A stretch of DNA of 64,000 bases, from contig CBDBOV010000002.1 of NCBI GenBank assembly GCA_965208575.1, forward strand, positions 352,001 to 416,000, written 5' to 3'. Every line of letters starts with the position of its first letter. Within the stretch, counting starts at the first letter, position 1. The DNA comes from Spirochaetia bacterium. Lineage in GTDB: Bacteria > Spirochaetota > Spirochaetia > SZUA-6 > Bin103. Shown here one piece after another: positions 62,538-64,000 of this stretch. The notes beneath the pieces were generated by a model. That model saw nothing but the letters and a program-made list of their open reading frames with translations. It searched no databases and was not told where the DNA came from. A program made the position numbers and the translations under genes.

Positions 62538-63296
62538 TCAGAATGTACGGGCCATCCAGCGGACCTCGCCAACGATCTCAGCGGCGCTGGGCCAGGGGCG
62601 AGCCGACCAGGACGGATGGTCGCTGGTCATATGCCAGAGACCACTAGGCCCCCGACGCGCTCGCTTGACGACGATGCCTTCGTCGGTGCGGATGACGTAG
62701 ATGCTGTCATGGCGCTGACGCCGCCGTACGCGGTCAACCAGGATCGAGCAACCGTCTGGTAGAGTCGGCTCCATCGACTCGCCGGCTACGCCGATCACCA
62801 TGCACTGCCCAGGGTCGAGGGCGTGCTCGTCGAGCCACGTGCGGCGAAACGCCAGCCAGCCCTTGATGCGCTCGCCGATGATCTCGGCGCCACCTCCTGC
62901 CGTGGCTGCCACCTCGTAGATCTCGACGTATCGGGCGTGTGGAAGATCCTGCGGAGCGGCTTCGGCGGCGACGCGTTCGACGAAATGCGAAGCTGGTTTC
63001 GTATTAGAAGAGGATCGTCGCGCGCTCGCGAGCTGTGTGAGCTCGGCTGCGGGGGTGGGGTCGTCGGTAAGACCGAGCAGGTAGTCCGAAGAGACGCCAA
63101 GTGTCCTTGCGGCTGGTGCCAAACGATCTACATGTATCGCAGAGCGGTCGCACTCTATGTTGGAGATAGCCCCTTGCGAGGCGAAGTCGAGGGCTACCGC
63201 TAGATCCACCTGATCCAACCCCGCAGCCTCGCGCGCCTTCTTCAGGCGTCCGGCAATCACTTGGCCGAGCCCCGCAACCACATCGTCAATTATCAC
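62538..63296 (-). CDS. CI-like phage repressor (XRE HTH plus S24 peptidase)
   Basis: RLKKAREAAGLDQVDLA..ISNIE..LGVSSDYLLG; AGGG cleavage-like site; GESMEPTLPDG, VVKR; start may be 63260. Confidence 0.92.
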   Translation of the reverse strand: MIIDDVVAGLGQVIAGRLKKAREAAGLDQVDLAVALDFASQGAISNIECDRSAIHVDRLAPAARTLGVSSDYLLGLTDDPTPAAELTQLASARRSSSNTKPASHFVERVAAEAAPQDLPHARYVEIYEVAATAGGGAEIIGERIKGWLAFRRTWLDEHALDPGQCMVIGVAGESMEPTLPDGCSILVDRVRRRQRHDSIYVIRTDEGIVVKRARRGPSGLWHMTSDHPSWSARPWPSAAEIVGEVRWMARTF

Positions 63297-63309
63297 ACCA
63301 AATAACGTG

Positions 63310-63338
63310 TTGACATAACACTGTCAGTGTTACATAGT
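63310..63338 (+). promoter_or_regulatory. Sigma70-type early promoter whose spacer is a palindromic operator; second operator copy at 63352-63367
   Basis: TTGACA-[TAACACTGTCAGTGTTA]-CATAGT; AACACTGTCAGTGTTA repeated in the first codons of cro. Confidence 0.8.
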
Positions 63339-63345
63339 CCAGACC

Positions 63346-63594
63346 ATGGACAACACTGTCAGTGTTATCAGGGAGCGCATCGCCCGCCAGGGAGTATCCC
63401 AAGACCGGGTGGCGCAGCTCGCCGGCTACGACCGGGCGGCACTTAGCCGGTTCCTGAGGGGCCTGCGTCGGCCGCCACAAGATTTCCACTTCGTCATGGC
63501 GGACGCGCTCGACGCGCTGGAAGCTGCGGACAGAGCCGCCGATGAGGCAAGGCGCCGCGTCCTCGCCGAGCACGGGTACGAGGTCGCGTCGTGA
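63346..63594 (+). CDS. Cro/Ner-like HTH regulator
   Basis: Divergent from the repressor; IRERIARQGVSQDRVAQLAGYDRAALSRFLRG. Confidence 0.85.
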   Translation: MDNTVSVIRERIARQGVSQDRVAQLAGYDRAALSRFLRGLRRPPQDFHFVMADALDALEAADRAADEARRRVLAEHGYEVAS

Positions 63595-63646
63595 GCGGCC
63601 TGATAGCGAACACAGCAGGCGATGCGCCGGCAAGACAGGAAAGCCC

Positions 63647-64000
63647 GTGAGCGAGGCCGCCCCCGCCAGCCGAGGCCTCGCGGCGACCGCGGACGTCTTC
63701 GTGCCGCTATGTCAGGACGCGAAGGCAAGCGGCCTGATGCTGCACCGCAACGCAGGCGGCGGCATGAGCCTGTTCCAGCCCATGGGAGACGGCTCGGAAG
63801 TGATCGTCTCGTCTGTGCGCGCGGCGTCCGACGAGGCGATGGAGGTCGAAATTCGGATCGCGATAAGTGACTGGTTGAACTGGAGTGGAAGCGCCGGGCG
63901 AGTTCGCGTCTACCGGCTCGCCGAGCATCACGGCCTGCACTTGACCGGGGACGCCGGCCGCTACCGAGCCTCGCATCGCAAGACCGGGGCGACGGTAGTC
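63647..64000 (+). CDS. Hypothetical early-region protein, runs off the window
   Basis: GTG after AGGA; 118 codons without a stop (VSEAAPASRGLAATADVFVPL...). Confidence 0.5.
   Translation, partial: MSEAAPASRGLAATADVFVPLCQDAKASGLMLHRNAGGGMSLFQPMGDGSEVIVSSVRAASDEAMEVEIRIAISDWLNWSGSAGRVRVYRLAEHHGLHLTGDAGRYRASHRKTGATVV

Larger units (their letters stand above)
53653..64000. mobile_element. Mu-like transposable prophage or prophage remnant, continuing beyond the window
   Basis: Mu gp25-gp30-like packaging genes and a cI/cro switch; left boundary inferred from a TG start with repeated subterminal motifs and the truncated host gene. Confidence 0.8.

Noticed and set aside
1-64000. tRNA/rRNA genes or a tRNA-type attachment site
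   Set aside because: No cloverleaf or rRNA signature recognised by eye; tRNAscan-SE or Infernal would be needed to exclude them

Overview
High-GC bacterial chromosome segment. The host is probably a Spirochaetota lineage, inferred from the stand-alone DbpA-domain gene, the moxR-bat operon and the gene mix. The window has three zones. (1) 1-23.1 kb is mostly housekeeping: hemD, era, tetR, apbE, clpP, purC, EEP nuclease, rmuC, argJ, moxR-DUF58-bat, infA, dksA, trmB and ilvC. It also holds a complete 1,907-bp IS (16-bp IRs, GCAGA target duplication) and a translationally coupled cysteate synthase + alpha-oxoamine synthase pair resembling the Bacteroidetes capAB sulfonolipid pathway. (2) 23.2-53.7 kb is a surface-protein island. 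It contains a decayed NtrC-type regulator, a secreted FN3/TbpB-like protein and a ~8,940-aa giant autotransporter-like adhesin. The adhesin has a 3.5-kb tandem duplication, three hypervariable Cys-paired FN3-like modules and a 33-unit Ig-like array. A second, truncated paralog follows and shares a conserved non-coding leader. (3) From ~53.65 kb to the window end is a Mu-like (transposable) prophage that appears to interrupt the paralog. Its packaging operon (gp25-gp30) runs straight into the putative element end with no capsid or tail genes. It carries a MuF-metallopeptidase fusion, a Csx16-like small protein, a DUF5706/PycTM-like membrane protein, several small peptides, and a cI/cro switch with a clear palindromic operator. 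All family assignments come from motif recognition by eye; no searches were run.
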